Part shown: piece after piece, positions 30,304 to 45,221 of the stretch | How the letters are laid out: the number at the start of each line of letters is the position of its first letter | Position numbering within the stretch: the first letter of the stretch is position 1 | Assembly: GCF_009914755.1 (NCBI RefSeq) | Contig: NC_060925.1 | Source of the DNA: the human T2T-CHM13v2.0 reference genome, Homo sapiens | Length of the DNA stretch: 64,000 bases | Strand: one strand, 5' to 3' | Translations under genes and position numbers: made by a program | Notes under the pieces: model-generated | What the model saw: the letters and a program-made list of their open reading frames with translations, nothing else | What the model was told of the DNA's origin: nothing | Database searches by the model: none

Positions 30304-31127
30304 TCACAGACAGCATGATCATTTATGTAAAAATCTTAGAAGAATTTATAAAAAGCTACTAAAACTAATAAATGTTTTCCAGAAATAAGATAAAAATAAT
30401 TTCCATTCATATATATTAGTAACAAAATTTTAAAATGATATTAAACATTTTCAATTGTATCAAAACATTAAATAATTACAATGTTAATACATTTAAGATA
30501 TGTGCACTGAAAACTATAAAACATTGTTGAAAGAGATTAAAGAAGAACAAAATAGGTGTGGAAATAGAGTAAGTTCATACCTGAGAAATGCTTTAAGTTG
30601 CCAATTCTGTCCAAATTGATTTGTAGATTGAACATAATCTTTCTCATATTCTCAGCAGGCTCTTTTCTTTAATAGAAATTGACAAGCTGATTCTAAAATT
30701 TATATGTAAATGCAAAGGTCCTTGTATAGTTAAACTAATTTGAAAAATAACAAAGATGGAGGACTTATATTGCCTCATTTTCATAAAGCTATAGTTATCT
30801 ACACAGGGTGGTATTGGAATAATGAAAGATATTTGGGTAAATGGAACATGATTGAAATCTCAGCTAATTTTTAAAAAATGGCCCCAGGTAATTCAGGGGG
30901 GAAAGGATTTGTTAAATTTTTTTTTTAACAAATTGTGAAGAGAACTTGGACATTTATATGCAAACAACTAAGCATCTACAATAACTTTACATCATTACAA
31001 TAAGTAACTCATAAGCGATCATAAACCTAAATAATAAATGAAAAACTTCTACAACATAACATAGAAAAAAAAATCTTTTCAACCTCAGATTAAGCAAATT
31101 TCTTAAGACACAAAAAGGCAAAATAAA
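30300..31127 (+). mobile_element. Ancient L1M ORF2 segment, inverted relative to adjacent 3' portion
   Basis: Starts at LFTDSMIIYV (FADD RT motif remnant); GAAATTGACAAGCTGATTCTAAAATTTATATG. Confidence 0.8.
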
Positions 31128-31848
31128 TATTGTAATAAAATGAAGTGAGATATTTCATAAAGCACTGTTCAGCATAATAGTAACCTATTGTTAGGGTGTA
31201 GAAATTTCTAGGGCCATCTTCTCTAAAGCGAAATAATGTTAATTACATGTAATCTAAGAGAATACTTGTGTTACTCTTTTAACATAAATTTAAAGCTTGC
31301 TATCCACTTGAGAAACAACATGAAAATAGAAACCTAGGGTTAAATGATATGTAACTCCCTTGAACCTTCTAGAATTTAGACAAAAGTCACCATTTTCAAA
31401 CAATGTGTTCCACAGACTCCTTCTGTTCTTTGAAAATGTCTCAAAGATAAGGAGAGGGATGAAGGGAAATCAGCTATGTAGGCTCCACATTTGTATCCTC
31501 GTCAACCAAAGTGTTTTCTTTTGTCTGATTTATAAACTCAGAATCCCTCAAGAATTCAGTTAGGAAATCTTTCGGAAACTATACTATATTATGGTATCTT
31601 AGCTTTACAAATTAGATTATCCTCTATAAAAAATTCTAATGGCCTATTACTTAATACCTTTGCACTGAAAATGTTGACTCAGTACTTAAAGTAACATTTC
31701 AATATGCTTTCAATTCCCAGTGAAAATCAGCATTGTATATTATAAAAGAAAGAAGAACACTAGTAAGAAGAAATTGGTCTTCAGTCTTTACCTTTCTACT
31801 TACTAACTGTGAACTTAACTCATATGCCTTATAGGGCTCTTGTGAGTA

Positions 31849-32197
31849 TGGATGCTCCATAACTTACAATAGGGTTGTGTCACAATGAACCAGTCATAAG
31901 TTGAAAATATCGTAAGTCAAAAAAGATGTATTTAATACATCTAACCTACCAAGCATCAGAGCTTAGTCTAACCAACATTAAATATGCTTAGAGAATTTGC
32001 ATCAGCCAACATTTGTGTAAAATCATCTGGCCAACACAGTACACTGTGGAGAATCAGTTCTTTACCCTTGTGGTTGCATGGCTGACTAGGAGCTGCCCAG
32101 CATGGCAGCACAGTACCTCTTTCTACTGAATGCATATCACTTTAATATCATCATAAAGTCGAAAAAACGTAAATCATCCTAAGTCAGGAACCATCCG
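31849..32197 (+). mobile_element. MER47 (Tigger-derived MITE) inserted in a MIR
   Basis: GATGCTCCATAACTTACAAT..TAAGTCAGGAACCATCCG terminal inverted repeats; TA duplication. Confidence 0.88.
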
Positions 32198-34358
32198 TAT
32201 TAATTAATTTTATAGAAGATTCTGGTCTTACAAGTCTAGAGAGAGCCTGGTGAAGAGTTCAAGGCAAGCATGCTAATTTCAAATTCAAAAGAAATATATC
32301 TGATGGAAAGTAATTCTAGTCCTATTACGTGTTTCATTAGTGAAACCTTAATTTATTAAAAATTTTAAGCACGTTATCAATACAGGTCACTTTTGTATAG
32401 ATTGGGGATACAGGAACAGTAAAATAGATATGGTCCCTGCCCTCAGGAAGATTTATTCTAGAGGAGCAGATAGACATTAATCACGTTTGTACAGACACGG
32501 TACTCTGTGTGTGTATGTGTGTGTTAACAAATTTGGCAAGCACTAAGTAAGCATTACCAAAGGGCATGACATTGTACAGCCCAGAGGTAAACTAGATGTA
32601 CAGAAACATTCATTTAGTTGAATCACTCATAAAATAGTTGTGTATCATTCTAAATTAGTAAAATGGTTAAGATTATAATTATTTTAAAATAAAAGCTGCC
32701 TGGTATATTTATAGTAGAAACAAAAAACAAGTGTTAAACTTTGTGAAGACCTCTAGAGAAGTTAATTTAATGACTATTTCAGAATAAATTATAATTGGGC
32801 TTTTTATGGTTATATGCACTATGTGCTTTTGAAGTGCTCATGTTGCCTGGGGTTTATTTCTTACATTCTTAATTATTAACACAAAAGTTTTCTTCATTAT
32901 TAATTTGGCCTTTCTATGAGGTAAAGATGTGTTGTCAGTTTCAGCTTAATTCTTTTTTCAAACGATCAGCAAAATTAGACATACTGTTAGTCTACTACAC
33001 CTAGAAGTGATCATCATTAACACCTATATTTATATTTTAAACAGATAAATAAACATACATAATGAAATAAAAAACAAAATAATACTTTGTTGGTGATAGG
33101 TTGTTTAAAGCTCAACTACTTCTATGGCCAAATTATGGTACTGTTAAAATGACCACGCAGTCAAAACTTTCGGATGCTTTGTGTTGAAGCATAAAGATAA
33201 CACATCTACATATTAAAAATTAACAAATTATGTTTTTGTTATGGCAATCTTTCTCTTTTGTCTTAATCGAAATATTAACTAAAAACAGTGAAATTCTATT
33301 ATTTGTAATACAGCAAAGAAGTCTGCTTTAAACAATTGTCTAAAACAAGGGAAATTAGCCAAATGATTTTAAGAACCAGAAATAAAGAATGGAATAATGC
33401 TTCTTGTACATGCAGTTCATCTTCCTGCCCTCATTTTAGGTCGTCATTGCCTCATTCAGAATGAATGACTTCTGCCACACTCTTCTTCAGTCATGCTTTC
33501 TGTCAATTGTAAAGATAATGTAGAAGAGCCATGATTTAAACAATGCCAGCTGATTTCCAAGTTCAAATTTTAATTCACTACTAGGATAGCATCTAGTGAG
33601 AGAATACATAAAAAGTTGCAAAATAATTGGTCATTTTTTAAAATTTCATATTTAATGCAGAGCTATGAACAAATAAATATAGAAACTGACAAAATGGATA
33701 TTTAGTCACTGATAATGGATTAAGGCCCAAAAGATGCATGTTTCTTGAGCGGAATTATCAAACTAACTCAAAGGTAAATTTTATTTCTAAATATTATGTA
33801 GTCCAGATATATCTATAACAAGATTCTTATGGTCATTACAAAGAAACTTTTGAAGCACAGATATTCTCTCTGAAACTTATGGAAGATTATATTAGTGGAT
33901 TAAAAAAGAAATAAAAAAATAACAAAAAGAAATGCTGCATTCAAGTTGACAATATACTGAGATTTAACTACATTAATCCAAAAGTTAAGCCAAGTTTCAG
34001 GCTTTATTTTTTAGAGAACTCAGGTTAAGACATAATCATATGGTAAACATGATTTTATCTCTTGCTTCTTTCATTCAACATTTTGTTGTCACATTCTTGA
34101 TTTGATTACTATTAGATATTTTATATCAATATACTATAATAAATTACTTATATTTAGCTATTTCAGATAATGCTGCTATGAACAATCATTTATAATTATT
34201 CTGTTGCAAAAGTATGTGCTTCTCTAGGTTATATGTAGAGGAGTCCACTTTGTACACTAAAGGCTTGGGTACCTTTACATTTTTATCTTCAAATTTTTAG
34301 ATTGTATCAATTAATGTTCCAAAGTGGGTGGTATTAATTTATAATCTTAAGGCTATAG

Positions 34359-34674
<316 letters not shown>

Positions 34675-35314
34675 CTGTCAGATTTTTATTTTTGCTAATC
34701 TGGTGGATATGTGGTAGGTTGTATAGTCACGGTTTATATCTGTTTTCTCAACGTAATTATTATTAGCAGCTACTGCAACTCCCCAGTCCATCTTTTTAAA
34801 GGGCAAAGATGCAGTCAATATTTTTATCTTTTTGCAGTTTGCATTCATATTTTCCTAATGATAATTTTGACCACTTTTTTACATTGATTACATATTTTGA
34901 AATGCCCTTTAAGTTATGCTTTTTAGGTGTTTTGGCTATTTTTTAATTTGATTGTCTAGTTTTTCCCCTTGATGATTTGCTTTTTATATATATTAGATAC
35001 TGGTTCTTTATTACCTATAGATGTTTAAAAAAATTCTTTACTCTGTGATTTATGTTTTCACCTCTCTTTAGATTAAAAAAACAGTTTTAGTTTTAGGAGT
35101 TAAATTTATCAGTCATTTCCCTATGTAAATTTTAATTTTTTTTTGCTTTAAAGTTTTTAATATACTTTCCTATATTCTCTAAAAATATAAAATATTATGT
35201 TTAATGTTTAGGCCTATAATTCATAAATCATGTGCAGTTGATTTTTTGCATGTTGTAAGGTAAAGTCTATTATAAATATATACATGTAATAGATACATGT
35301 AATGTACACATGTC

Positions 35315-35624
<310 letters not shown>

Positions 35625-36855
35625 CCACACATTTCTTTAAACATATATACATATATATGTGCATATCTAAGAACTTAGACCTCTTGGAAATAATATACTG
35701 GTATATGCACATGTATGTAAATATATAATTTCCAAGAGTTCTAAGTTCCTTTTATATCCAATTATCCTGGCTTAAATTTGATCACTTTTTGGTTATATTT
35801 TCTTGCACTTTATTAAATGATATTCTTTATTTATTGATTTGAACATCTCACATTATTTAAAAATTCTAATCAGTCTTTGCCATAAAATTATTTATTTGGA
35901 GAGAATGAATGTACCTATTGTTGATTTGTTGGAATATTGCTATTAGCATTAGTTTTTATTAGTGTTTCAGAATTTTAGTTTCCAACATCATTTTGAATAG
36001 AAGGTTTTATTTATAAATTATAATAGTTTTATTACTCCCTTCCTCTGTTCCTAGGCCCTATCCTGGACCTGGTAGTCACCAACCCACAATTTAATTTGTT
36101 CTTTACATGGTCTTTTCCATAGTTTGACAGCAATAATAGACAGATTCAGACACTGTTGTACTATATTTCTGTTTTTTTTTGTTTTGTTTTAATCTACAAA
36201 GGAGCCTACCCTACCTCTTAGCAAAAAGTAAATAATAGCAGAAAAAATGATCCCTTGCCAGAACCAGACATTTGGCCCTTCCATCTTCTACAATTAGAGC
36301 CTAGCAGGCCTATGGCTCAATTCCTGCTGTTTTCTTTGTATTTCTGCTCAATTTTTCAGCCATGAAAATGTAAATTTTATTATTGAAATTGACTATCATG
36401 CTTTATATTTTTTTCTTTCATTGCTTTTTTTCTTTCTTTCTTTTCTTTTCTTTTTTTTTTTTTTTAGCAGAGGAATCTACCAGAACATTAATTCCCTAAG
36501 CCATCTGGCTAAAAGTCTGGAGTTCAATTTTTAATAGAAGGTGTTTTTATTCATAAATTATTTAGGGATTGAGAATATTAGGGATATACTCTAATTCCTC
36601 AATTTTATGATAACTATTTACCCTCTGATTTGTATTTTGTAAGGAATGGATATGTCACTATAAAGCTTTCCCAAATCTTTCACTTACCCACTAAACAGAT
36701 GCCATATACCCTTGAATAGTACCTGATGGGAAGGACTTATTTATACCTCTACGCACTGACTGAGGTGAAAAGAATGGGGATCATAATGAGGAATTTCTGT
36801 TTTGAAGAAATGAATTAACATTTTAAGCCTCTTTTAAATAAAACATTCTTGGCTT

Positions 36856-36932
36856 TTTTATTTTTTAATTTTTTTTCAGATTTATTAAAGTACAATTGAC
36901 AAAAATTGTATATATTCATGATGTGTAACATG
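36856..36932 (-). mobile_element. Very short L1MA 3' end
   Basis: TTTATTAAAGTACAATTGACAAAAATTGTATATATT; TSD AAAACATT(C/G)TT(G/A)GCTT at 36840-36855 and 36933-36948. Confidence 0.8.
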
Positions 36933-37849
36933 AAAACATTGTTAGCTTCTAAATAACATGAAGCCATGATCAAAATGTTCAAACATTTGTTTTTTACACA
37001 CTCAAATATAGCTCATGGGTTATTCTAATGTCTCAATTTTACACTATTATTAAAACATACAAAACAGGCACAAAATGATTCATTTATCTGTACCCCCTAA
37101 TAAATGAATGTTTCTAGTCTGAAGGGCAAAAGTATCACATCTATATTTAAGTTTTATAGTTCCTATGAATTCCATAAGTTTATATGCTAATTTAACAGAC
37201 CTTATTTAACATGTTATTATTATGTTTGACAAGACATATAAAAGGCAAAACAGAAATATATTTTTCTTTAACTCCATAGGAAAATGTAGGTCACCTTTAG
37301 ACCTAGAATATCGACATCTAATTGTCCACAAAACTCATTTGATCTTCTATGTTCTTGCTAGCCTCATTGTAACAAAGCTTACTACAGAAATCAGTCACTT
37401 GTTTCCAAATTTTAATTATATTCAACATAAAAGAAATATAATAGAGTAATTATGTGTATTCTAAAGGTCCACTTTTAGGAATTAAAGAATATTAGTAGTG
37501 ATTAAAACAGTTTTTAGTAACTATTGATATATTAATACTAATTTAAAACAGTATTTAAAAGACCCTTTTTTTTCCTTATTCTCTCCTATTTAAGCAGCTA
37601 AAATTTGGAATTTGTTTTCAACATGAGATAGTGCAAGCTGATTTCATAGTGTGACAGGAATTGGCTTTTGAAGAAACAACTCAATTCCAGAAGTACTGTT
37701 CCAAAACAAATAATATTTCCTCCTCCATTCATAAGAAAACAGTCTTTGTAGTAGGAAGTGGCCCCAGATTTCCCATCACCTTCTACTGTTACACCTTCCC
37801 TTTTTGTAACAGACTAGTATAGTCTATCTCTTTACTTCATATTTAAGAT

Positions 37850-38776
37850 GACATATTTGGAGTTATTTCACCTGCATTTGCTTATCTCCTCTTGAATGTG
37901 TAAGAAGTGACTCAAATTTAATAGGATTGAAATGGAGGTCTTAACTCTCCCAACTCAACATAATCTTCTCACAGTAAAACTATCATTCACCCAGTTGTTC
38001 AACTTAGGAACAGCTTCAGTGCATTTTTTTACCACCCAGTTGCAATCCCTCACAATGTGTTGTCAGTTCCACCCTACTCCAAGTATTTCTCAAATTCATT
38101 CATTTCTTTCTTACTCCACTGAAAGTTTCTAGTTCATGATGTTACTATTATAATAAGCTTTTGTAGTTGGTCTAACTTCTTCGTATTTGTTTTCCTCCAA
38201 CCTATTGTCAGAGAAGCAATTTAGATTACTCCACTTTTCTGCTTAAATCCATCAATGATTTCTTAGGGCTTTTAAAATAAAATCCAAACTTCTTACAATG
38301 ACCTACATGTCTTTGCATGCTCTAGCTTGTTTGCAATCTTTCATCCTCACTCTCTTGCAACAACAACCGACTTCCTGGCTCTCTATTCTTGCAACTCTAT
38401 TATAGTACCACTTCCAGGCATATGAATATCCTAAAACCTCCACCTGATATATTCTTCCCTCAGCTGTTTTCTTGGAAGGCTCATTCTTAACTTTCAGATC
38501 TCAGCTCAAATGTCACCTCTTCACAGAAGCCTTCCCTGATTATCCTAAAGACTCTTCCATTTTCTCTCTTCTCATCACCCTTTGAATTTTTTGGTAGTAC
38601 TCAACATAATCTATAACCAATTCAACTTAGTTCCTTGTATATGGTCTTAATCTCATTTAGAATATAAATTCCATGAATGAAAATATTTACCTATTTTATG
38701 CCTCATTTCATTCTGGAAGCTCATAGGGTATTATGATGTCATAGGTACTCTGTAAATACCTGCTGCTTGCTTGAAT
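37850..38776 (+). mobile_element. L2 3' region
   Basis: AAAATAAAATCCAAACTTCTTAC, CAGATCTCAGCTCAAATGTCACCTCTTCACAGAAGCCTTCCCTGA, TAGGTACTC..AAATA. Confidence 0.8.
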
Positions 38777-38799
38777 TTTGTGGCTGCATAGCATAACTG

Positions 38800-39160
38800 T
38801 TAATAATACACAATTTAGAATCATAGAGATCTCATTTCTAGTCCCACTTAATTTACTTTTGTCCTTGGACTACTCACTTAGCTATTTTGAGCCTGATTCT
38901 TTATTCTGATTAGTACACATTTTATAGAATGTTCTTAATATTAATATTAAATTACGTATAAAATGACAAATAACATTTATTTAATGTTCAATATGTGTAT
39001 AATATTCTAATAGGGATTTGAATAAACCCTATTGTTTAGCTAAATCAATAACCCTAAAAGTTAAACATTAACACAGTTCCCATTTTTTAGATTGAGAAGA
39101 CTGAATCTAATAGAGTTAAGTGGCTTTTCCAAAGTCACACAGCTAAAAATCTTATTCCAG
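38800..39160. mobile_element. Two MIR remnants in opposite orientation
   Basis: CCCATTTTTAGATTGAGAAGACTGA..GTTAAGTGGCTTTTCCAAAGTCACACAGC core (reverse) plus a forward remnant. Confidence 0.65.
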
Positions 39161-39423
39161 ATAATGAAGTGAGATATTATCTGTAAAGCTGTTGTGTTCA
39201 TGGTTACTGCAGATTTTGTTGAGATATAAAAGTATTTTTAAGACTGAGATTACTTGAGTTAAAATCTTTTAACAAAAACTCAGTTTTAATAGCCATAAAA
39301 CATAAGTTCTGGGTCTTCTCTGTATTTTCCTGCATGTCAAATGTTAATTCTTACACTTGATATACTTATATCAAGCTATTATTATTTATTTATTTATTTT
39401 ACTGTGAACGACTCTTTAAAGTA

Positions 39424-39801
39424 TGTATTAGTCTGTTCTCTACAGCTATAAAGAACTGCCCAAGACTGGCTAATTTATAAAGAAAAGAGGTTTAATTGAC
39501 TCACAGTTTCACATGGCTTGGGAGGTATTAGGAAACTTACAATCCTGATGGAAGGGAAGCAAACACGTGATTCTTCACATGGTGGCAGGAGAGAGAAGTG
39601 CCAAGCAAAGGGGCAAAAGCCCCTTATAAAACCATCAGATCTTGTAAGAACTCATTCACCTGTCATGCGAACAGCATGGGTGGACTGCCCCCCATGACTT
39701 AATCATCTCCCACAAGGTCCCTCCCTCAACATGTGGAGATTACAATTCGAGTTACAATTCAAGATGAAATTTGGGTGGGGACACAGAGCCAGGTCATATC
39801 A
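39424..39801 (-). mobile_element. THE1 (THE1C/D-like) solo LTR
   Basis: TGTATTAGTC..CATATCA; perfect 5-bp TSD AAGTA. Confidence 0.93.
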
Positions 39802-40834
39802 AAGTATAATTTTGAATTTTAGAGCTTGTGTTTTCATTAAATGTTTTGAGATTAGGTAAAATTGACATGACTATTAGATTTTGTTTTGTCAGATTTTTAT
39901 TAAGTTGTTTGGCATCCTGTAAATTGATGTGAGAGCTTTTATTTTAAAAAGCGCATACAACTATCACATCACATCTTATTAGAGACTGCATATTCCCTGC
40001 AAAGTAATCAGTTTAAAATTCAAATTTCAAATAAATATTTATATTTTTATTGTCTTTTAATGTTTGTTCCCCATTAAATTCTGAGCTCCTCGTTGACAGA
40101 TTCTGTAGGGCTAGTTAGATTAGCTGTGTTATGAATGAGGTTCCTGATTATTGTTACCTGCCATTCTTCTTTTCACAAAATCCTAAATGTCTATAGGTTT
40201 TCCACATTTCCCTAATAACAAGATATAGAGAAAGTATAGTAATAAAAGATGATTAATGAAAAACTATTTGGGGCCACATTTGTTGCTCTGCTAGTCTCCC
40301 TGCTAAGAGGACCACTTTTTGAAAAGTTGATGTTGTGATGTAGTAATGCAAAAATCTTAAAATAGGTAATGTCAAACAACAGGTAATCTTCATAAGGTAT
40401 TTATCTGGGTCCTCAGTACAGGGTTCAACAACCACAGACTCAGTTCCTGTTCTGATAATCTCCTACTGTATTAGCCTCTGAGTTAAAAACCTTTTCTAAG
40501 TTTATTGTATCTATTGAGGGTAGCAGCAACAGAAAGAACCTAAAACAGCATTAACTTAGCAATGAACATTCTTTTCTTCTTCTGCACTTCTTTCCACTGA
40601 AAGAGTTTTAAAGGACAGCTGCAAAGGACGATATTTTGTCAATCATATCAATAGCATTCCCTCATTTTAATTTTATTTCTGTATAATCATTTATTCTACA
40701 CTTAGACTCAGATTTTTTCCTAAAATAATTTACATCTAAGGTAATGCTTAGTCAATGGTGATGGAACTGGTATACAGAAAGCACCTTATAAATTACAGTG
40801 ATGAAGAAATCCCATTCCTATATCTGACTATCGA

Positions 40835-41040
40835 GTATGCCCTTTATACTGTGTTATGCATTTAAATGGGTTATCTCATTTAATGATTATAACAAAATTA
40901 TGAAGTAGGTACTTTTTGAACCCCATTTTACAGGTGAGAAAATTGAGGTTTAGAGAGCTTAAGTAGCAAACAGTGATAGAACAAGGATAATTCACGATTC
41001 TGTCTAATTTTAAACTCTGTGTGCTTAAGTCTTAACCATT
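40835..41040 (-). mobile_element. MIR SINE
   Basis: ATCTCATTTAAT..CCCCATTTTACAGGTGAGAAAATTGAGGTTTAGAGAG. Confidence 0.8.
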
Positions 41041-42342
41041 ACTTTTAGTCCTTTTCTATCATGCAATAATAAATTGGGACTTATCCAAATGAGTTCATTT
41101 TCTTGTATCTCATGACTTTATTGACATGACTTTATAATGCTATGTATATGCACATACCTATGTTATATGGTAAAATGCACATATGTACATATGGTATGCT
41201 ATACAAGCACATACTTTGGTAGCACACCTATGTTATACAATAACATATGGTCTATAAATAGGTGAAATGAAGCAGATTGGAGGAAATAATGTCAATACTG
41301 TATAATCCATCATTATGTAGGGAGGAAATCTCAATGTTCCTTGTTGCCTGTCAGAATTATTATAAATAGAGCATGCTTTATTTTAAATCTTATGGCAAAA
41401 TAGCATTCTTTGCCAATTTCAAACAGTTTTTATCCAAGTGCATAAACACATCTCCCACTTTGCTGCCCCTTGGCATTAATTATTTTGTCCTTCATTGACT
41501 GCACAGTCTTTTTTGAGGGTCTACCATGTGTTGGCATTTTGTTTAGCACGAAGAATCTATAGGTGAATAAAATATTTTTCTACCTTCAAAGATACCACTG
41601 ACAAGTAGTGAAAAATGACAGAGAAATAGATATATGATATTCAGTGGAAAATACTTGTTTGATGGTAGATAATTGTATATGATATTTTCCTCATTCTATA
41701 CTTCTCCAAAAATTGGGAAAGAGGAAGAGGAGGAGGGGAGAAGGAGAAGAAGAAGACCAAGAAGCAAAGCACTTGCTCAAATTGCTCAAATTCAAATCCT
41801 CCTTTGAAGTGTAGGTCAAGTTCCACTTCCTCCACAATATTTCTCTGGCATCTGCAATAGAAAGTAAACTTTCCTGTTCTGAATTCTTATAGTTTTTATT
41901 TTGTGTTCTTTAGCATGTGTTATTTCTGCATATGACTTATTTTCTCTGCTAGATTGTGAAACATGTTATATATTTCATTGATATCCTTTAGAAATAGCAT
42001 GACTGCATTAACCCAACAGAGGCCCAGTATATATTTTTTGATTAATTAAATACAATTGTAAATAGAATAAATTCAATAATGGAACGTCTCACACCATTAT
42101 TTGTTAACTTCCAATGTCCCACAAGCCCCCATCTCAAATACATGCTATTTTCATCATTGAGACTTTCTGACTTTGTTCTCTCAGACATTTATTCATCCTT
42201 TCCTGACTATTGTTAACAATGTGTTTCCTTTGTAAGTCATTCTATATTTTGCTTTGTATTGTATTCATCTTTATGCTTATGTACAATGCAGTATATTGCA
42301 CATAATGGAGATTATGCAATATTGTTCATTAAATTTGCATTC

Positions 42343-42648
42343 CCTTTTTTTTTTTTTTGAGACGGAGTCTCACTGTGTTGCCCAGGCTGGAGTGCAGTGG
42401 TGCAATCTCTGCTCACTGCAAGCTCCGCCCCCCAGGTTCACACCATTCTCCTGCCTCAGCCTCCTGAGTAGCTGGGACTACAGGCATCTGCCACCATGCC
42501 TGGCCAATTTTTTTTTTTGGTATGTTTTTAGTAAAGACGGGGTTTCACCATGTTAGCAAGGATGGTCTCGATCTCCTGATCTCGTGATCCAACCTGCCTC
42601 GGCCTCCCAAAGTGCTGGGATTACAGGCAGGAGCCACCGTGCCCGGCC
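42343..42648 (-). mobile_element. AluY
   Basis: GCAAGCTCC, CCATTCTCC, GGATGGTCTCGATCTCC; TSD AAATTTGCATTC at 42331-42342 and 42649-42660. Confidence 0.95.
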
Positions 42649-43778
42649 AAATTTGCATTCTTATTTTGTATTTTGTTTTTAATCACCTGGAATACATTCA
42701 AGTGTTGTAAAAATGTATACATCCAGTTAAGTTGTGTGAAGAACATTTATCTTCCCCTAGAATGATGACACTAATGAAAGTCATAGCTTTTTTTTTGATG
42801 GTTTTCAAATTGTGCTTATGTTTATTTCTAGATTTTCCCCAATGAATAGAACAAAGAAAATTATTTTCAGATTGGCAAATAACAGTAATGGTTTCAAGCA
42901 CTCCAGTTAGTGCTTGCTATATAGATTTATCATTTTGTACGTATAGCCACATACTATTTTACAGTCAATTATTTAGAACAGTAGGTTGCTCCCACCCTCA
43001 AACAGAATAAACTAATTTCAATTTGCCTTCTAACTAGAAACAACTGCTAATAATATGGAAACGTAATGAACACAAGGCAAGGATCTTTCACAGAAACTAT
43101 TCCCATTATGTTCATATAATATTCTTTTAAAAATACTACATTTCAGAGTTGTTTGGTAATGGAGAAAACAAGTCATCATAATTTCATGTAATCATGCTGT
43201 TCCTCTGAATAGTTTGTGAGTGTGACAGGTCATTTTTAATCCAGCTAGCTGTTTACATTATGTTAATGTGAAAAACCCAAACTCCAAATTTGCAAGCTCT
43301 TGGTGCTAAAGTAATGTCTGTCTTTAAATAGCTTATTTCTTGATTCACCAGCAAAACAATTTTAATCAGTTTATTTCCTGCATCGATGTTCATTAACAGC
43401 AGGACAGAGCTGATTTTAGTAAATACAGTGAACTTTCTGTCAGCCTATTTACTGCATTAGTTCCTGTAACATGTAAAAGAATTGGGTAACCAAAGCCTTA
43501 TCGCAATATGGGCAGGCCAGGGAAGAAAAGTGAGAACAGAGACATCTCACCAGGAGCAGGAACAAGTGTGGACAAGAATTTGCAAATACCACCTGTTAGA
43601 AGATTATAGTGTCTACAACTACTCATTAGGAAGAAAAAACAGTTAAGCATACTATACTTGTCTGAGCCAACAATTTTGACAAGGAGAAACGTACTCCTGC
43701 AAATAATTTTGATCCTTACGGGTAGATTATTCTACTCTATTGCTGGAGGTGAGAACACACACAGACACAGGTACATAA

Positions 43779-43779
<1 letters not shown>

Positions 43780-43819
<40 letters not shown>

Positions 43820-43833
43820 ACACACACACACAC
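43780..43833. repeat. (CA)n microsatellite
   Basis: Directly visible. Confidence 0.97.
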
Positions 43834-44662
43834 TTCAAATTACTTACCATCCTATACTAAAATTGTACAATTAGTCCACTCTGTCTCTTACTGCCTTGCA
43901 AAGTTAAGACACAGCTCTCATTATTTTATATCATTTTACTTCTAAGCTCAAGTTCTGTGCCTACCACATAGTTAGAGATGAAGACACTTTGTTAGATCTG
44001 AGATCAATTGAAACCAAGAAGTCAGCAAAGGAAAACTTTCTTTTTACAGTTTAGCAAAATGATCCTCAGGAACCAATTCCATGTGGTCTTTATCTCTGGA
44101 AATGTAGCATCATCCCTAAACTGAAAGAGAGCTAGGACTCTGAGTCACATCACCCCAGTTCTCCCTTTTGTATCACTTTTCTCTCCTCTCTGTCAGGCAG
44201 ATTATCATTGCAGATGCTCTGGGCACCAGATATTTTCTTCATTTAAATATTTCAAAACAAATATATAATGCCAATGCATTGTAATACATAGAAATACGTA
44301 TTTATATGAATCCAAATGTAAAAAACAGTTCTGATATACATACATGTGTTCCTTAAGGCTGGTATAATTAGTAAAGTAGGAGAACGATGGCTATGCAAAT
44401 CAAAGGTGGACCTAGCTCCCCAAAACCAACCTCTTGATTTTGGAGAACCTTATCTTACTAAAACCCCTGAGATTGCCTGTGCACTGGCACAGGGTTCTAT
44501 AATAATCAGAAAATTTATTGGGATAAAGTCATGTTTGTTGGCCTGCTTTCACCACAGGAAAGAATGGGTAAGACACAATATATAGCTGAGTATCTCAGAT
44601 CCTAGGAAAAAGAAACATTTCACATTGTTCAATTTGTGTGAATAAAAGTATGGTGAAGTTTA

Positions 44663-45079
44663 TGATACGTTTTGGACTTGTGTCCCCACCAAATCTCATG
44701 TTGAATTGTAATTCCCAGTGTTGGCAGTGGGGCCTGGTGGGAAGTGATTGGATCATAGGGGCAGTTTCTCATGAATGGTTTTGCACCATCCCACATGGTA
44801 TTGTCATCACAATAGTGAGCGAGTTCTTACGAGATTTGGTTGTTTAAAAGTATGCAGCATCTCAGTCCTCTCCCTTCTTCCTGCTCTGACCACATGAAAT
44901 GCTTTTCCCACTTTGCCTTCTGCCATGATTGAAAGTTCCCTGGCCTCAATCGAAGCTGAGCAGATGCTGTTATGCCTTCTGTACAGCCTGCAAAATTGTG
45001 AGCCAATTAAACATCTTTTCTTTATAAATTACCCAGTCTCAGTTACTTCTTTATATCAATACAAGAAGAAACTAATATA
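44663..45079 (+). mobile_element. MSTB MaLR solo LTR
   Basis: TGATACGTTTGG..CAAATCTCATGTTGAATTGTAAT..GTTTCTCATGAATGG..GAGCCAATTAAAC..ACTAATATA. Confidence 0.9.
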
Positions 45080-45221
45080 GCTAGAACTTAACACTCTGAC
45101 TAAAGAAACAGGATAAAAGTTAAACAGCGATAGCATTAAACCACAATTGTAATGTAACAGAGCTTAGACTGTGTATAAATAGGTTTCTCCTACTCTTATT
45201 GAAAGAATATTGGACAAAGAT

